NCBI GenBank assembly: GCA_964447405.1
Contig: CAYUSP010000003.1
Span: 691,723-755,722, forward strand
Source of the DNA: an uncultured Nitrospiraceae bacterium
GTDB taxonomy: Bacteria > Nitrospirota > UBA9217
Direction: 5' to 3'
Length of the DNA stretch: 64,000 nucleotides
The notes below the pieces were generated by a model. The model was given only the letters and a program-made list of their open reading frames with translations, did no database searches and was not told the origin of the DNA. The position numbers were made by a program, and so were the translations under genes. Shown in pieces: positions 51,294 through 62,270 of this stretch; the stretch's first letter is position 1, and each line of letters opens with the position of its first letter.

Positions 51294-54009
51294 GTTCCCT
51301 CCTTCGGCGCAGCCATTTGTCGATCTCGACGACAAAAACGACGGTAAGTGAAAGCAGACATACCCGGCCCCACTCCTGAACCGTGAGCGGCTCGGTCTTG
51401 AAGACCCACTGCAGCGCCGGCACGTAGATGAACGCGAGCTGCGCCAGGACAGACGCTGCGATGGCGAAGAGCAGCAGCGGATTGCTCAGCAGGCCGATCC
51501 GGAACACCGACAGCGTCTCGGACCGGCTGTTCCAGGTCTGGAAGAACTGGAAGAAAACCATGGTGGTCACGGCGATGGTCCGCGCCTGCTCGAGGTGCTC
51601 GCCGATGGCGAGGGCGTGGTGGAAGCTGTACACGACGCCGGCGGCGATGAGCGCTCCGACCAGCACGGTGCGCTGCACCAGCACGGCAGACATCACTCCC
51701 TCCTTCGGGTCACGCGGCGGCCGCAGGACGACGCCCGGCTCACCCGGCTCGAAGGTGAGCGCCAGCACCTGGAGCCCGTTCGTCACGAGGTTGATCCAGA
51801 GCAGCTGCGACGGCGTGTACGGCATGGGAAGCCCCAGCGCGATCGTGCCGATGATCGACAGGATCGCGGCGACGCCCGTAGGGATCAGGAAGAAGACGAC
51901 CTTCCGTATGTTGTCGAACACGATCCGGCCTTCCTCGACCGCCGCGAAGATCGTGGCGAAGTTGTCGTCAATGATTACCATGTCCGACGCCTCCTTGGCA
52001 ACATCCGTTCCGGTACGGCCCATGGCGATCCCGATATGCGCGGCCTTGAGCGCCGGCGCGTCGTTCACGCCGTCTCCCGTCATGGCCACGATCTCGCCGT
52101 GCCGGATGAGCTGCCGGGCGATGCGCAGCTTGTGGTGCGGCGCCACGCGGGCAAAGATCGACACGGTCCTGACCTTCTCGAACAGCTCGTCGTCGCCCAT
52201 CTCCTCGAGCTCCCTGCCCGTGAGCGCTGCACCGGTGCCGTCCCCGATGCCGATCATCCTCCCGATGGCGCCGGCGGTGGTGGCGTGGTCGCCGGTGATC
52301 ATGACAACGCGGATGCCCGCCTTCCGGCAGCCCTTCACCGCGTCCATAGCCTCGGGCCGCGGTGGATCGATCATGCCCTGGAGACCCGTAAGCGTGAGAT
52401 CACCCTCCACGTGCCCGTGCGTGAGCTCTTCGAGGTCCGGCGGCGCCTCCTTGTAGGCCATGGCCAGGACACGCATGCCCTCGGACGCGAACCGATGCGC
52501 TGCGTTGAGGAGCTCCTTCGCCCGGAGCGCACCGGTCAGGTGGCAGGACGTGCAGAGGTCGATGACACGCTCGGGGCCGCCCTTGACGAAGATGTACTTC
52601 CTGCCGTCGTGTCGGTGCAGCGTCGCCATGTAGCCCCGGTCGGACTCGAAAGGCACCATCGAGACGAGCGGCCAGTCCCGCTTCTCGTCCTCGGGGCGGA
52701 GGCCCGCCTTCATGGCAGAGACGATGAGCGCCCCCTCGGTCGGGTCGCCGTCGACGCGGTACGTGCCGTCCTCCTCGTAGACCTCTGATTCGTTGCAGAG
52801 CAGGCCGATCCGCAGGTTCAGGAACAGGTCCTTTCGTTCCTGCTCCGTGATGGGAAGCCACCCGTGCAGGACCTCGCCGCCAGGGTCATACCCGGTCCCG
52901 GTCACTTCGAAGACGTGCTGGCCGTCGTGGACCACCTTGACGGTCATCTCGTTCTTCGTGAGCGTGCCGGTCTTGTCGGTGCAGATGACGGTCGTGCTGC
53001 CAAGGGTCTCGACAGCCGGCAGCTTCCGGACGATGGCGTTCCGGCGCGCCATGTTCCGGACGCCCAGGGCGAGCGCGATGGTCAGCACCGCCGGAAGGCC
53101 CTCGGGGATGGTGGCGACGGCCGCGGCCACGGCAGTCATGAACATGTCCTTGACCGTTTCGCCGACCAGCAACCCGATGCCGAAGAGAAGGCACGATGCC
53201 GACAGTACCACGTACCCGATCATGGCCGAGAAGCGGTGGAACTTCTGCTGCAGCGGCGCCGGTGCTGTTTCCGCTTCCCGAATCTCGCGGGCGATGCTGC
53301 CGAGGACGGAGCGCGCGCCCGTGGCGACCACGACGCCGCGGCCGCGGCCGTTCACGACGACCGTGCCCAGGAAGGCCATGTTCCGCTGGTCCCCGGGCGG
53401 CAGGTTCGGTTCGGCAATGGCTGACACGGTCTTCTGCGCGGGCAGCGACTCGCCGGTCAGCATGGACTCGTCGGTCTTGAGCTCCAGCGCCTTCACGAGC
53501 CGGATGTCCGCCGGCACCTTGACGCCCGAGGCGAGCAGGACGATGTCGCCTGGCACCAGTTCCGCACTGTCGATCTCGTGCTCCCTGCCGTCCCTGACCA
53601 CCCGCGCCTTCGGCACCACCAGCTTCTTGAGTGCCCGGACGCTCTCCTCGGCCCGGTATTCCTGGAAGAAGCCGATCGCCGCGTTCAGGACCACGACCGT
53701 CAGAATGACGCCCGAGTCCACGACCTCCTCGAGCAGGGCGGTCACCACAGCGGCGATGAGAAGGATGTAGATCAAGGGGCTCGTGAACTGACCCGCAAGG
53801 ATCCGGAGCTTGCTGATCCGGTCCTCCTCACCGAGGCGGTTCAGGCCGTGCTCGATCAGCCGTTCGTGGACCTTTGACGACGACAGTCCCTGGTCCGACG
53901 TCGCGAGAGCATGCAGCACATCACTGCTTTCCTGCTGATAAGGCCGAAGATCGGATCGTTCAGGTGTCGTTGGTGACATGGCGTCTCCCGTGGTGCAGCT
54001 GCGGAGCAA
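51286..54009 (-). CDS. Cation-transporting P-type ATPase (P2-type, Ca2+/Mg2+-like)
   Basis: CTDKTGTLT phosphorylation site. TGDGVNDAPALK. PEGL motif. 10 TM. Confidence 0.9.
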   Translation of the reverse strand: MLRSCTTGDAMSPTTPERSDLRPYQQESSDVLHALATSDQGLSSSKVHERLIEHGLNRLGEEDRISKLRILAGQFTSPLIYILLIAAVVTALLEEVVDSGVILTVVVLNAAIGFFQEYRAEESVRALKKLVVPKARVVRDGREHEIDSAELVPGDIVLLASGVKVPADIRLVKALELKTDESMLTGESLPAQKTVSAIAEPNLPPGDQRNMAFLGTVVVNGRGRGVVVATGARSVLGSIAREIREAETAPAPLQQKFHRFSAMIGYVVLSASCLLFGIGLLVGETVKDMFMTAVAAAVATIPEGLPAVLTIALALGVRNMARRNAIVRKLPAVETLGSTTVICTDKTGTLTKNEMTVKVVHDGQHVFEVTGTGYDPGGEVLHGWLPITEQERKDLFLNLRIGLLCNESEVYEEDGTYRVDGDPTEGALIVSAMKAGLRPEDEKRDWPLVSMVPFESDRGYMATLHRHDGRKYIFVKGGPERVIDLCTSCHLTGALRAKELLNAAHRFASEGMRVLAMAYKEAPPDLEELTHGHVEGDLTLTGLQGMIDPPRPEAMDAVKGCRKAGIRVVMITGDHATTAGAIGRMIGIGDGTGAALTGRELEEMGDDELFEKVRTVSIFARVAPHHKLRIARQLIRHGEIVAMTGDGVNDAPALKAAHIGIAMGRTGTDVAKEASDMVIIDDNFATIFAAVEEGRIVFDNIRKVVFFLIPTGVAAILSIIGTIALGLPMPYTPSQLLWINLVTNGLQVLALTFEPGEPGVVLRPPRDPKEGVMSAVLVQRTVLVGALIAAGVVYSFHHALAIGEHLEQARTIAVTTMVFFQFFQTWNSRSETLSVFRIGLLSNPLLLFAIAASVLAQLAFIYVPALQWVFKTEPLTVQEWGRVCLLSLTVVFVVEIDKWLRRRREHA

Positions 54010-54032
54010 AGCACATACGTTAGCAAGTAGCG

Positions 54033-54782
54033 TTAAAAGCGTATCTCCATACCTGCCACTGCATAGTGAAACAGCGAGAATGTATATACTTCGCTATTGT
54101 CGGCACCGCCTTCCAGCACGCGGTAGCCGGCAAAGAATCTGGTCGAGCCGCTGACGTCATACATCATCGCGAAAAATACGTCCTCGGCCCTGCCTTGTGT
54201 CGAGCCGAGCGCGTCGCCGGCAACGCGGAACGTCCAGGGCTTCGTGAACCGCCAGTCAATAAGGAAATTGATCAGCGGTACGAAGCCGGTGTTCTTTTTC
54301 TCGGCCCGCAGGCCGCCCCCCTCGACCGTGATCGCCGCATCACGGACCTTGGCAGTCAATCCCACCCAGGTGTCGAGATCATCGCGAGTGACGAGATTCC
54401 TGCGCCAGGTAAAGCGATAGGAGTCGAAGCGGAATGTGGCGTCAAGGTCCGTTCCTGCCGGGAAGGTCTTTCCGGCAAAGCGGATATCCCGGTCCAAACG
54501 GCCGTGGGAACTCAAGCTGAGCGGAGAAACGACGACACCGAAGTAATCGCGCATATCACGAATGTACCCGGCTTCCAGCCGCCCGGTGAATTTGGTGTCG
54601 GTCTTAAGGTCGTCAGAGAACGAAAACCGCGTCCCGGTATCTCCCGGGATGCGGACATCATTCTTACTCGTAAATACTTCCGCAGCCTGCAGATTGAATA
54701 CATATTCCGCAGCCACCGGATCCGGCAGGCAGAGGAACCCGGTCAGAGTGATTAACAGACCTGCAATCCGTGCATTGATCAT
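54033..54782 (-). CDS. Outer-membrane beta-barrel protein (hypothetical)
   Basis: Signal peptide. Beta-strand alternation. C-terminal F. Confidence 0.4.
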   Translation of the reverse strand: MINARIAGLLITLTGFLCLPDPVAAEYVFNLQAAEVFTSKNDVRIPGDTGTRFSFSDDLKTDTKFTGRLEAGYIRDMRDYFGVVVSPLSLSSHGRLDRDIRFAGKTFPAGTDLDATFRFDSYRFTWRRNLVTRDDLDTWVGLTAKVRDAAITVEGGGLRAEKKNTGFVPLINFLIDWRFTKPWTFRVAGDALGSTQGRAEDVFFAMMYDVSGSTRFFAGYRVLEGGADNSEVYTFSLFHYAVAGMEIRF

Positions 54783-55069
54783 GGCGGACTCCTTTTTTTC
54801 TTCTCGATAAATGCTCGGTCCCAACACAGAGGAACCGAACAATATGTTTCTCAAACGCGCCAAGCGCCCGCTGCAATTACTGCACACGAAGACCTGGCAA
54901 CGCGTTCTTTTAATTGATCGACTGGCGGCCTTTGCGGACGCGCCCGGGAACCGCTTAGCTTGCTACGGTCGCAAGGCGAGACACGTCCCCCGTTTTCGCA
55001 CTGCTGTTTACTTAATTATATATGAGAATGGCGTTTCGGGAGAATGAAACCGCATATCCCGCTGCCCGT

Positions 55070-56236
55070 CTATGAGGCTCTAAGCGCCTCGACGATTTTC
55101 ATGCGGCTGGCGCGGAAGGCCGGCAGCACACCGCCCACCAAGCCCATGATCAGCGAGAAGATGAGCGACTGCACGACGATTTCCGGGGTGAGGCTGAAGG
55201 AGAATGCCAGCTCCGAAAAGGTCTGCCAGTTCACGGTCGAGATGGTGAAGAGCTGCAGAAACGACGAAATGAAAATCCCCGCAAGCCCGCCGACGAGGCC
55301 CAGCAGAAGGGACTCCACGAGGAACACGACCATGATGCTCCTCCTTCGAAACCCGAGTGCACGGAGCGTGCCGATCTCGGCGGTGCGGTTGGCCACGGCC
55401 GCGTACATGGTGATCATGGCGCCGATGACTGCGCCGAGGGAGAAGATGATCGTAAGCGTCATTCCCATGATGCTCAGAAAGGTTGCCATCATCTCGGACT
55501 GGTCGCTGTAGAATTGCTTTTCGCGTTTCGCTTCCAGAGTAAGACGCGGGTCCGTTTCGATCCGTTCCTTCAATGTTGGAAAGGCCGAGGCATCCCTCAA
55601 CCGGAAGAGCACTGATGAGTACACCGGTCTGCGAAATGCCTGCATAAGCTGGTCCGAGTCCCCCCAGATCTCGGAGCTGAAGCCCGTGGTGCCCGCGTCA
55701 AAGGTCCCGACCACGGTCCAGTCGCGCATGCCGAACCGAAGCGTCTCGCCGATACCGCCGCCCTTGAAACGCTTTGCCACGCTCTGGCCCGCGATCACCT
55801 CCAAGGATCCCGGCCTGGGCATATGCCCGTCAACCAGTTTCACCTGCGGCCGCAGCGCGAGCGATGCATCGGTGATGCCGCGGATAACCACATTCGACGG
55901 CTTGTCCGTGCCCCGCTTGGGCAGGGAAATGAGCACCACGATCTCCTTGGCCAGGAGCTGCCTGCCGTCAATGCCAACGGCGATCTCGGGCTGGGACTCG
56001 ACCACAGCGGCCTGGCTGCGGTCCACGCCGCTCTGGACCTCGGTCTGCGAAGCCTTGCGGATCACGACCACATTGTCCAACGATCCGGTCTGGACCAGCG
56101 TCTGCCTGAGCCCGGTCGCCAGCATCAAGGTTGCGGCAAACACGAAGACCACAAGCGCCATGCCCGAAGCGGTCAGCACCGTGGTGAGACGGCGGGTCCA
56201 GAGGTTCCGGAAGCTGTAGGAGAAAGGAATGGCCAT
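55070..56236 (-). CDS. ABC transporter permease, FtsX/MacB/LolE-like
   Basis: N-terminal TM, large periplasmic domain, C-terminal 3-TM FtsX domain. Confidence 0.8.
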   Translation of the reverse strand: MAIPFSYSFRNLWTRRLTTVLTASGMALVVFVFAATLMLATGLRQTLVQTGSLDNVVVIRKASQTEVQSGVDRSQAAVVESQPEIAVGIDGRQLLAKEIVVLISLPKRGTDKPSNVVIRGITDASLALRPQVKLVDGHMPRPGSLEVIAGQSVAKRFKGGGIGETLRFGMRDWTVVGTFDAGTTGFSSEIWGDSDQLMQAFRRPVYSSVLFRLRDASAFPTLKERIETDPRLTLEAKREKQFYSDQSEMMATFLSIMGMTLTIIFSLGAVIGAMITMYAAVANRTAEIGTLRALGFRRRSIMVVFLVESLLLGLVGGLAGIFISSFLQLFTISTVNWQTFSELAFSFSLTPEIVVQSLIFSLIMGLVGGVLPAFRASRMKIVEALRAS

Positions 56237-56258
56237 AGTTAGCGTATGAGACTAAAGA

Positions 56259-56463
56259 TTAAAAAATCTTTGACACGGAAGGAGCGGATGAAAAGCGGAT
56301 ATTGGCAGATAACGCCTAAATAGGTCCGTATCCCTCAGTGTTAAGCACGTCATTCTTTTAATGTTAACAGCTTCGTTCTAGAAGCGAGGATGAACCTCGG
56401 ATTGCGATTGTTAAAATCCGCCCTTATCCGGATTTCTGATCCGCCGTGATCCGTGTCAAAGAT
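56259..56463. mobile_element. ~200-bp MITE-like element bounded by a perfect 13-bp terminal inverted repeat (ATCTTTGACACGG) with ~40-bp extended imperfect IR arms, inserted between the two permease genes
   Basis: atctttgacacgg at 56266-56278 and ccgtgtcaaagat at 56451-56463. Extended arms share gcggatga/aaatccggat-type matches. Internal cgcttctagaacg palindrome. Confidence 0.5.
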
Positions 56464-56474
56464 TCGACCGTGTC

Positions 56475-57632
56475 TTACACTATTCTCCTCAATCCGTCAG
56501 CGATCCTGATCGTTGCGCCGCGCCAGGTCGGGAAGACTCCTGCCACAGCACCGACGATAAATGCTGCAAGGAAATCAAGATAGATGGTCTCCGGTGTGAG
56601 ACGGAACACAGGGAAGAACGCGCCCAGTTTTTGGCCGATCCACTCTGCCGCCGGGAAACTGAGCGCCACGCCCACTACCCCGCCGGCCATGGCAATAACC
56701 AGCGACTCGCCGAAGACCACGCCTGCAACATGCCAGCCGCCGAAGCCCAGGGTCTTCAGGGTGGCGTATTCGGCAATGCGTTCCCGGGCTGTCATGGCCA
56801 TGGTGTTCGCCGCGACGACCATGATGATCACGATGACCACATAGGAGACCAGCCGGATAGCGACCACGATGGCCTCGGTCATGGACACAAAGCTCATCTG
56901 GAACGACCGTTCCGTCTCGGTTAGCGTCTCGGCAAGTGAGTTCTTGAACATGCCATCTACATAAAGCGATACTTCAGCAGCCAGGTCCGGGCTGGTTAGC
57001 CCCAGAACATAGAATCCGACCTGGTCCGCCCGCTGCGGCGCGGTTTTCCGAACCGACTCGTTTAGATAGTCCCAGTGAAAGAAGAATTGCGAGGTGTCGG
57101 TGATGCGTTCCGCACCCCGGTAAATGCCGCGCACCACGAACTCCCACTGGCCGGGAAAGATGGTGCCGCGCAGGGTCACGATGTCCCCGCCCTTCCAGCC
57201 GAAGCGCTCTGCCGTGCTCTTGCCCACGACGCAGCCTTTTCGGTCTACAAGGAAGGCCTTCCTTTCCTCGGCAGTGAGCACGTATTCCGGGTAAAGATCC
57301 AGGTAGGTCTTCGGCTCCACCGCAAAATTAGGGAAGAAGTTCTTCTCGTCGATATAGACCCCGCCGAACCAATTCCCCGAGGAAACCGTAGTAACGCCGG
57401 GAACCTGGCGGATCTTTTCCAGATATGAGGCAGGCAGGAGGAAAATCAGGGAGATGGCGTTCCTCGTCACGAGACGGGAGGCGGAGGAGGATTCCACGCC
57501 AAGGTACCACGCGGCAACAAGGGTTCGCAGGAGCCCGAAGGCCAGCACGGCAATGGCGACGCCGACAATGGTAAGCGTTGACCTGAGCTTGTGGCGGAAG
57601 GCGTTCCGGATGATGAGCTTAAGCACGAACAT
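56475..57632 (-). CDS. ABC transporter permease, FtsX/MacB/LolC-like
   Basis: Same architecture as 55070..56236. Confidence 0.8.
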   Translation of the reverse strand: MFVLKLIIRNAFRHKLRSTLTIVGVAIAVLAFGLLRTLVAAWYLGVESSSASRLVTRNAISLIFLLPASYLEKIRQVPGVTTVSSGNWFGGVYIDEKNFFPNFAVEPKTYLDLYPEYVLTAEERKAFLVDRKGCVVGKSTAERFGWKGGDIVTLRGTIFPGQWEFVVRGIYRGAERITDTSQFFFHWDYLNESVRKTAPQRADQVGFYVLGLTSPDLAAEVSLYVDGMFKNSLAETLTETERSFQMSFVSMTEAIVVAIRLVSYVVIVIIMVVAANTMAMTARERIAEYATLKTLGFGGWHVAGVVFGESLVIAMAGGVVGVALSFPAAEWIGQKLGAFFPVFRLTPETIYLDFLAAFIVGAVAGVFPTWRGATIRIADGLRRIV

Positions 57633-58314
57633 CGTTCATCACGCCCTTCTCAAGGTGCCGGACCAGATGGGCCTTTTCCGCGGCCCGGGGATCATGGGTC
57701 ACCATGATGATTGTTTTGTTGAACTCCTTGTTGAGGCGAGTCATGAGTCCGAGCACATCCTCTGCCGAGACGCGATCCAGGTCTCCCGTGGGTTCGTCGG
57801 CAACAAGGATCGTCGGGTCCGTGACCACGGCGCGGGCGATCGCCACTCGCTGCTGCTGTCCGCCCGAGAGCTGGGAGGGGTAATGGTCCATGCGGTCCTG
57901 GAGGTTCACGACTGCAAGAGCCATCTCCACATGTTCGCGCCGCTCCTTCCGGGTAAGCCGGGTCAGCAGAAGCGGCAGTTCCACGTTCTCATAGGCGGTG
58001 AGCACCGGCATGAGGTTGTAGAACTGGAAGATGAAGCCGACATTGATGGCGCGCCACCCGGCAAGGTCTGTTTCGGAAAGGGTCGAAATGTCCACGCCGC
58101 CGATGATGACCGAACCGCTGTCCGCCTTGTCGATGCCCGCAAGGATGTTCAGGAGAGTGCTCTTGCCGGATCCGGATGGCCCCATGAGCGCCAGGAATTC
58201 ACCGTCGCAGATCTCGAACGTGATGTTCTCGAGCACGGGTACCGTCTGGGACCCACGCTGGTAGGATTTATTGAGGTCCTTGACAGTGACGATGTTTTGG
58301 GGGCAGCGGTCCAC
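57619..58314 (-). CDS. ABC transporter ATP-binding protein (MacB/LolD-like)
   Basis: Walker [24 protein letters not shown] signature. Walker B. Confidence 0.9.
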   Translation of the reverse strand: MDRCPQNIVTVKDLNKSYQRGSQTVPVLENITFEICDGEFLALMGPSGSGKSTLLNILAGIDKADSGSVIIGGVDISTLSETDLAGWRAINVGFIFQFYNLMPVLTAYENVELPLLLTRLTRKERREHVEMALAVVNLQDRMDHYPSQLSGGQQQRVAIARAVVTDPTILVADEPTGDLDRVSAEDVLGLMTRLNKEFNKTIIMVTHDPRAAEKAHLVRHLEKGVMNDVRA

Positions 58315-59483
58315 TATTTTTCTTTCCGCGTGACAGTCGAACCGTTCTTGAGCTTTTTCGGGGGATTCAGCACGACCTTGTCGCCCGGCATCAGGCCGCT
58401 GGCAACTTCGATTCCGTCGCCAATCTTTCCGCCGAGCGTTACCGTCGTCTCTTTGGCCTTGTCATCCTTTACCACGAACACAAGCTGCCGCCCGTTCCGG
58501 GAAACGAGGGCTGCCGGGTTCACCGCGGTCTTGGGCGCCTCCTCATTGCCAATAACAGCGCGTTCGAGGAAGGCTACGCGGGCGCTCATCTCGGGTAGGA
58601 CGCGCGGATCGACCTCCAGGAAGCGCACCTTGACCATAATCGATGCCTTGCTCCGATCGGCGGTCGGAACGATCATATGCACAACGCCGCGGAAGCGGTT
58701 GTCCGGCAGGGCATCGAGCTGGATCTCGCAAGGCTGGTCTTTCTTCACCTTGGAAAGGTTCGATTCTGAAACATCCACCTCGACCTGGAGCGAGGTCATA
58801 TCCGCGATGGTCACGACCGAAGCCTTGGCATTTGCCGCGGCTCCCAGGGGCGTAACGATGTCGCCCACATCGGCGTTCTTTGTCAGCACAACAGCGTCAA
58901 ATGGCGCCCGGATCAAGGTATACTCAACGGCGACCTGCGCCGACCGGAGAGCCGCCTCCGCGCCAGCCACCGCGGCCTGAGACCGTTTCAGGCGCGTATC
59001 AGCAACTTCAAGCTCGGACTGCGCCACATATCCCTTTTCCCGCAGTTCCTTCATGCGGCCGAAGTGCTGCTGCGCGTCGGCCAATTCGGCTTTTGCGCTG
59101 CTCACGCCCGCAACAGCCTGATCGCTTGCTGCCAGCACATCCTTGTTCTCCAGCCGGGCAATGACCGCTCCTGCACGGACCTTGCTCCCCTCCTCCACGC
59201 CGAGCCATTCCATGCGGCCAGTAGTCTTGGATGCCACGGCAGCCTTACGCTGGGCTACGATATATCCACTTGCGTTCAGAAGGGTGAAAGATTGGGAAGG
59301 GAAGACGCGGGAAACAACCGAGGTCTCAACTTCAAGAGTCGGGTTGCCTGCGATCACTACAACAGCGGACACGGCAACGGCGGCACCCAGAGCGATCAGG
59401 CCCCACCGCGGGATCTTCTGTTTTCGCTGGAAGTTCGCACCGGATTTATCAAGCTTGAGTTTTGACAAGTCGGTGTTCGTCAC
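58314..59483 (-). CDS. Efflux periplasmic adaptor subunit (HlyD/MacA family)
   Basis: N-terminal TM, coiled-coil, lipoyl/beta-barrel domains. Confidence 0.8.
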   Translation of the reverse strand: MTNTDLSKLKLDKSGANFQRKQKIPRWGLIALGAAVAVSAVVVIAGNPTLEVETSVVSRVFPSQSFTLLNASGYIVAQRKAAVASKTTGRMEWLGVEEGSKVRAGAVIARLENKDVLAASDQAVAGVSSAKAELADAQQHFGRMKELREKGYVAQSELEVADTRLKRSQAAVAGAEAALRSAQVAVEYTLIRAPFDAVVLTKNADVGDIVTPLGAAANAKASVVTIADMTSLQVEVDVSESNLSKVKKDQPCEIQLDALPDNRFRGVVHMIVPTADRSKASIMVKVRFLEVDPRVLPEMSARVAFLERAVIGNEEAPKTAVNPAALVSRNGRQLVFVVKDDKAKETTVTLGGKIGDGIEVASGLMPGDKVVLNPPKKLKNGSTVTRKEK

Positions 59484-59608
59484 GCGTGCTCCCTCGCTGT
59501 GCGATCGACTATCATATGCCCCTCATGCCCGTACGCGCGGATGTTTTCCTGCTTGCAGTACAGGCGATCCCACTTGCGGACTGAGGAATGCGATCACAGG
59601 ATATGCTG

Positions 59609-59812
59609 CTAGCCGCGGACCCGCTTGATCGTACCGTTATTGAGGAGCTGGTGAAACTGGGAAAGCAGTGCTTCTTCTTCCTTGTCGATGTGGCCGTCTT
59701 TATTCGCGTGCTCCATGATCTGGTTATATTCGTCAGGAGTGATCTCGAGATCACTGATGGCATGATTAATAAGCTCCTTCAGCCCGGTCGCGGATTTGCT
59801 CGGTTTTTCCAT
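59609..59812 (-). CDS. Small hypothetical protein (67 aa) at the head of the ABC efflux operon
   Basis: ORF only. Confidence 0.2.
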   Translation of the reverse strand: MEKPSKSATGLKELINHAISDLEITPDEYNQIMEHANKDGHIDKEEEALLSQFHQLLNNGTIKRVRG

Positions 59813-59971
59813 GGTTGTTCTCCCTTTTGCATGTGGATTTGTTGTTGAGTTGTCGTAGTATACCGATGAGCCCCGTTCCTGTCAACATCACGCTAACGTT
59901 CGGGAAATTGCTGCAGTTGCTTGACATGGTCTGATTCATTTGCCACGGAAATGATACACGAATTTAATTCG

Positions 59972-60742
59972 TTATCGATTTTCCGTTCCTTTGCCGGTAT
60001 ACGCAGCATAATGCAGGTCGGTCGTGTTCTTATAGCCGCGATAGAACTTTTTTGCTATGACATTCAAGAGCGGGTCGGTCAGGCCGTTTAAAAAAGCGTA
60101 ATCAACATTGTCGGCGATGTGGTGTCGCGCGTGGTGTCGTTTGGACAGAAAAACGCCGCTCCTGTTTATCACCCGAGTAATCCCTGAATCCGGAACGTGG
60201 CAGCAGTAATGAGTAACCTCCGCAAAAGAGGATACTATCCCTATATACGCCAGGGTCCAGGAAAGAAAAGGAGGGAGAATTGCGCTCTCGATCAATAAGG
60301 CTGCTGCCAGGAGATATCCCACAAGCCAGATCTTTGATCCTGATTCATTGAAGTAAACTACCGGAAGGGTTTTTTCTTTATACAGCGGGGTTCTATGGTG
60401 CAAATGGAAGGCGGCGATCAACGGCCCAACCGGAGAATCGTAGTTGCCATTATTGTCCATGTACATATGGACCAGGCCGTTGAGGAAGTCAGCTGCCAGA
60501 TAGGCCGTGAAAAACGAGAGAACCTGCAATGGCGCTCCCAGGGAAAGAGGAAGAACCAGATACAGAACTAAAAGCTGCAACGAGACAACGAGGATGGACA
60601 CTACTTTGCCGATCCCGGTATAAATGCTTTTTTGTTCATATAATTCCATGGCAGCATTAAACTGTTGCTGTTTAAGGGTCAGTACCTGGTCGTCTATCAT
60701 GGCAAGCCCTTTCATGATCGCATCACGTGATACTCGTGTCAA
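59972..60742 (-). CDS. Histidine-box membrane protein (fatty-acid desaturase/hydroxylase-like; possibly CarF/TMEM189-like)
   Basis: TM helices plus clustered His motifs (HMYMD, HLHHRTP, HYCCH, RHHARHH). Confidence 0.4.
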   Translation of the reverse strand: MTRVSRDAIMKGLAMIDDQVLTLKQQQFNAAMELYEQKSIYTGIGKVVSILVVSLQLLVLYLVLPLSLGAPLQVLSFFTAYLAADFLNGLVHMYMDNNGNYDSPVGPLIAAFHLHHRTPLYKEKTLPVVYFNESGSKIWLVGYLLAAALLIESAILPPFLSWTLAYIGIVSSFAEVTHYCCHVPDSGITRVINRSGVFLSKRHHARHHIADNVDYAFLNGLTDPLLNVIAKKFYRGYKNTTDLHYAAYTGKGTENR

Positions 60743-60753
60743 TGCATGTTACC

Positions 60754-61728
60754 CTAGTCCATCGGGTATTGCTGAAAGAATTGCCATATGATCTGCGTTG
60801 CATCAAAGCCTTTCAGCGGATGATCTTCCGGAAGCGCTTTCATAAAGGGCCCTCCGGGCCACTCGTGTCCCCAGTTGAACACGCGGACGGTCCGCACCTC
60901 GTTCCCGTTGTTGGCATCTTTCCATGATTCTTCTACAACCATCCCGTTAAACGCGTCCTTCCAAACCGGGCCTGCAGCAGACTTGTTGGAAGCGATCCAG
61001 AAATCCTTTGCATGGGAAACCGGCCGATACTCCCGAGCGCTTTTGCGGTCGAGGGGTTTCCCCCCTTCATAGGGGACCGTCTTGTCCGCATCCCCATGCA
61101 TGATCAGGAACGGGACCGGACGCTCCGGTGCCGGCAGAGGCCACTCCAATGCGTCCTGCGACACCCTGCTGTTGATGGCGCCGGCAACCGAGGCTGCAGC
61201 TGCCAGCAAGGATGATCGTTCCGCTGCAAACCGGTAGGTCATCATGCCCCCATTCGAAAAACCCATCATGTAGATACGGCGCTTGTCGATAGCGTACTGT
61301 TTGCCAATCCCCTTGATGGCAGCCTCTATGAAGGCCACATCGTTCCAATTATCTTCAACAGCTTTGCCGCAGCAATGCCCTGCGTTCCAGTGCTGCAAAA
61401 ATCCCAGGATGCCTATGCCCTCGGGGTACATCACGATGAAGCCATCGCGATCAGCGAGCTGACTCCATCCCGACCATTTCTCCATTTCCCGTGCAGTGCT
61501 GAACGCGCCGTGCAGAACCACGACGAGAGGATAGGAACGGGAACTAGTGTACCCCGGGGGAATATGCAGCAAATAGCGACGATCATTGTTACCTGTCCGC
61601 AGAGAGAGATCATCCCCGAATGTACCGGGATCCATAGTTACGCTCCTGGTTCCTGGATAAGCGCAACCAATAAGCACGCAGATAAGCAAAATCCAGATCT
61701 GCTGGTAATGACTGAACAGAGAGGTCAT
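60754..61728 (-). CDS. PHB-depolymerase-family esterase lipoprotein (alpha/beta hydrolase)
   Basis: Lipobox LIGC. VVVLHGAFS. GFSNGGMM nucleophile elbow. HGDADKTVP. Confidence 0.65.
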   Translation of the reverse strand: MTSLFSHYQQIWILLICVLIGCAYPGTRSVTMDPGTFGDDLSLRTGNNDRRYLLHIPPGYTSSRSYPLVVVLHGAFSTAREMEKWSGWSQLADRDGFIVMYPEGIGILGFLQHWNAGHCCGKAVEDNWNDVAFIEAAIKGIGKQYAIDKRRIYMMGFSNGGMMTYRFAAERSSLLAAAASVAGAINSRVSQDALEWPLPAPERPVPFLIMHGDADKTVPYEGGKPLDRKSAREYRPVSHAKDFWIASNKSAAGPVWKDAFNGMVVEESWKDANNGNEVRTVRVFNWGHEWPGGPFMKALPEDHPLKGFDATQIIWQFFQQYPMD

Positions 61729-62243
61729 GGTTTGACTTGCTTTACAAATCTCCCCTTATACGTGGCGCGGCCGTCGCATTTTTCGAAGATGAACTGGCAG
61801 ATCCTGGTGCCGGGATACAGAGCCAGCGGCGCATAGCCCAGGTTCACGATCTCCAGGACCTGATGGTTGGAGATGCCGGGATGCATGAAACCGGCGGTCA
61901 CGTGGACTGCAAGGCCGAAGCGCGCGAACCTGCTCCGGCCTTCGAGCCGGCCGGAGATGGTATCAGCAAGAGTGATCTTTTCCTTCGTGATGCCCAGGAC
62001 CATCTCACCGGGCTTGATCACGATGAAACTGCCATCCTTGACATGGACCGCCTTGGTGATGTCCTGAAAATCAGAATCGTTCTTAACGTGATACACTTTT
62101 GATTTTTTCTTGAAGATCCTGAAATCATTTCCGAGCGTAAGGTCGATGGAACCCGGCCCGATCTGCGTTTTGTCGAGCGGCTCGATCTTGATCAATTCAC
62201 TTTTTAATGCTTTCGCGATTTCCTTGCCGATCAGCACACTCAT
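61725..62243 (-). CDS. dcd: dCTP deaminase (dUTPase superfamily)
   Basis: 172 aa. GPGSIDLTLGN... Housekeeping size. Confidence 0.75.
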   Translation of the reverse strand: MSVLIGKEIAKALKSELIKIEPLDKTQIGPGSIDLTLGNDFRIFKKKSKVYHVKNDSDFQDITKAVHVKDGSFIVIKPGEMVLGITKEKITLADTISGRLEGRSRFARFGLAVHVTAGFMHPGISNHQVLEIVNLGYAPLALYPGTRICQFIFEKCDGRATYKGRFVKQVKP

Positions 62244-62270
62244 GATATCCCAGCCTTTCCACTATTTATT

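Noticed and set aside
61725-62243. dCTP deaminase as a nucleotide-depletion anti-phage defence gene
   Set aside because: It is only 172 aa, with no fused kinase or sensor domain, consistent with housekeeping Dcd.
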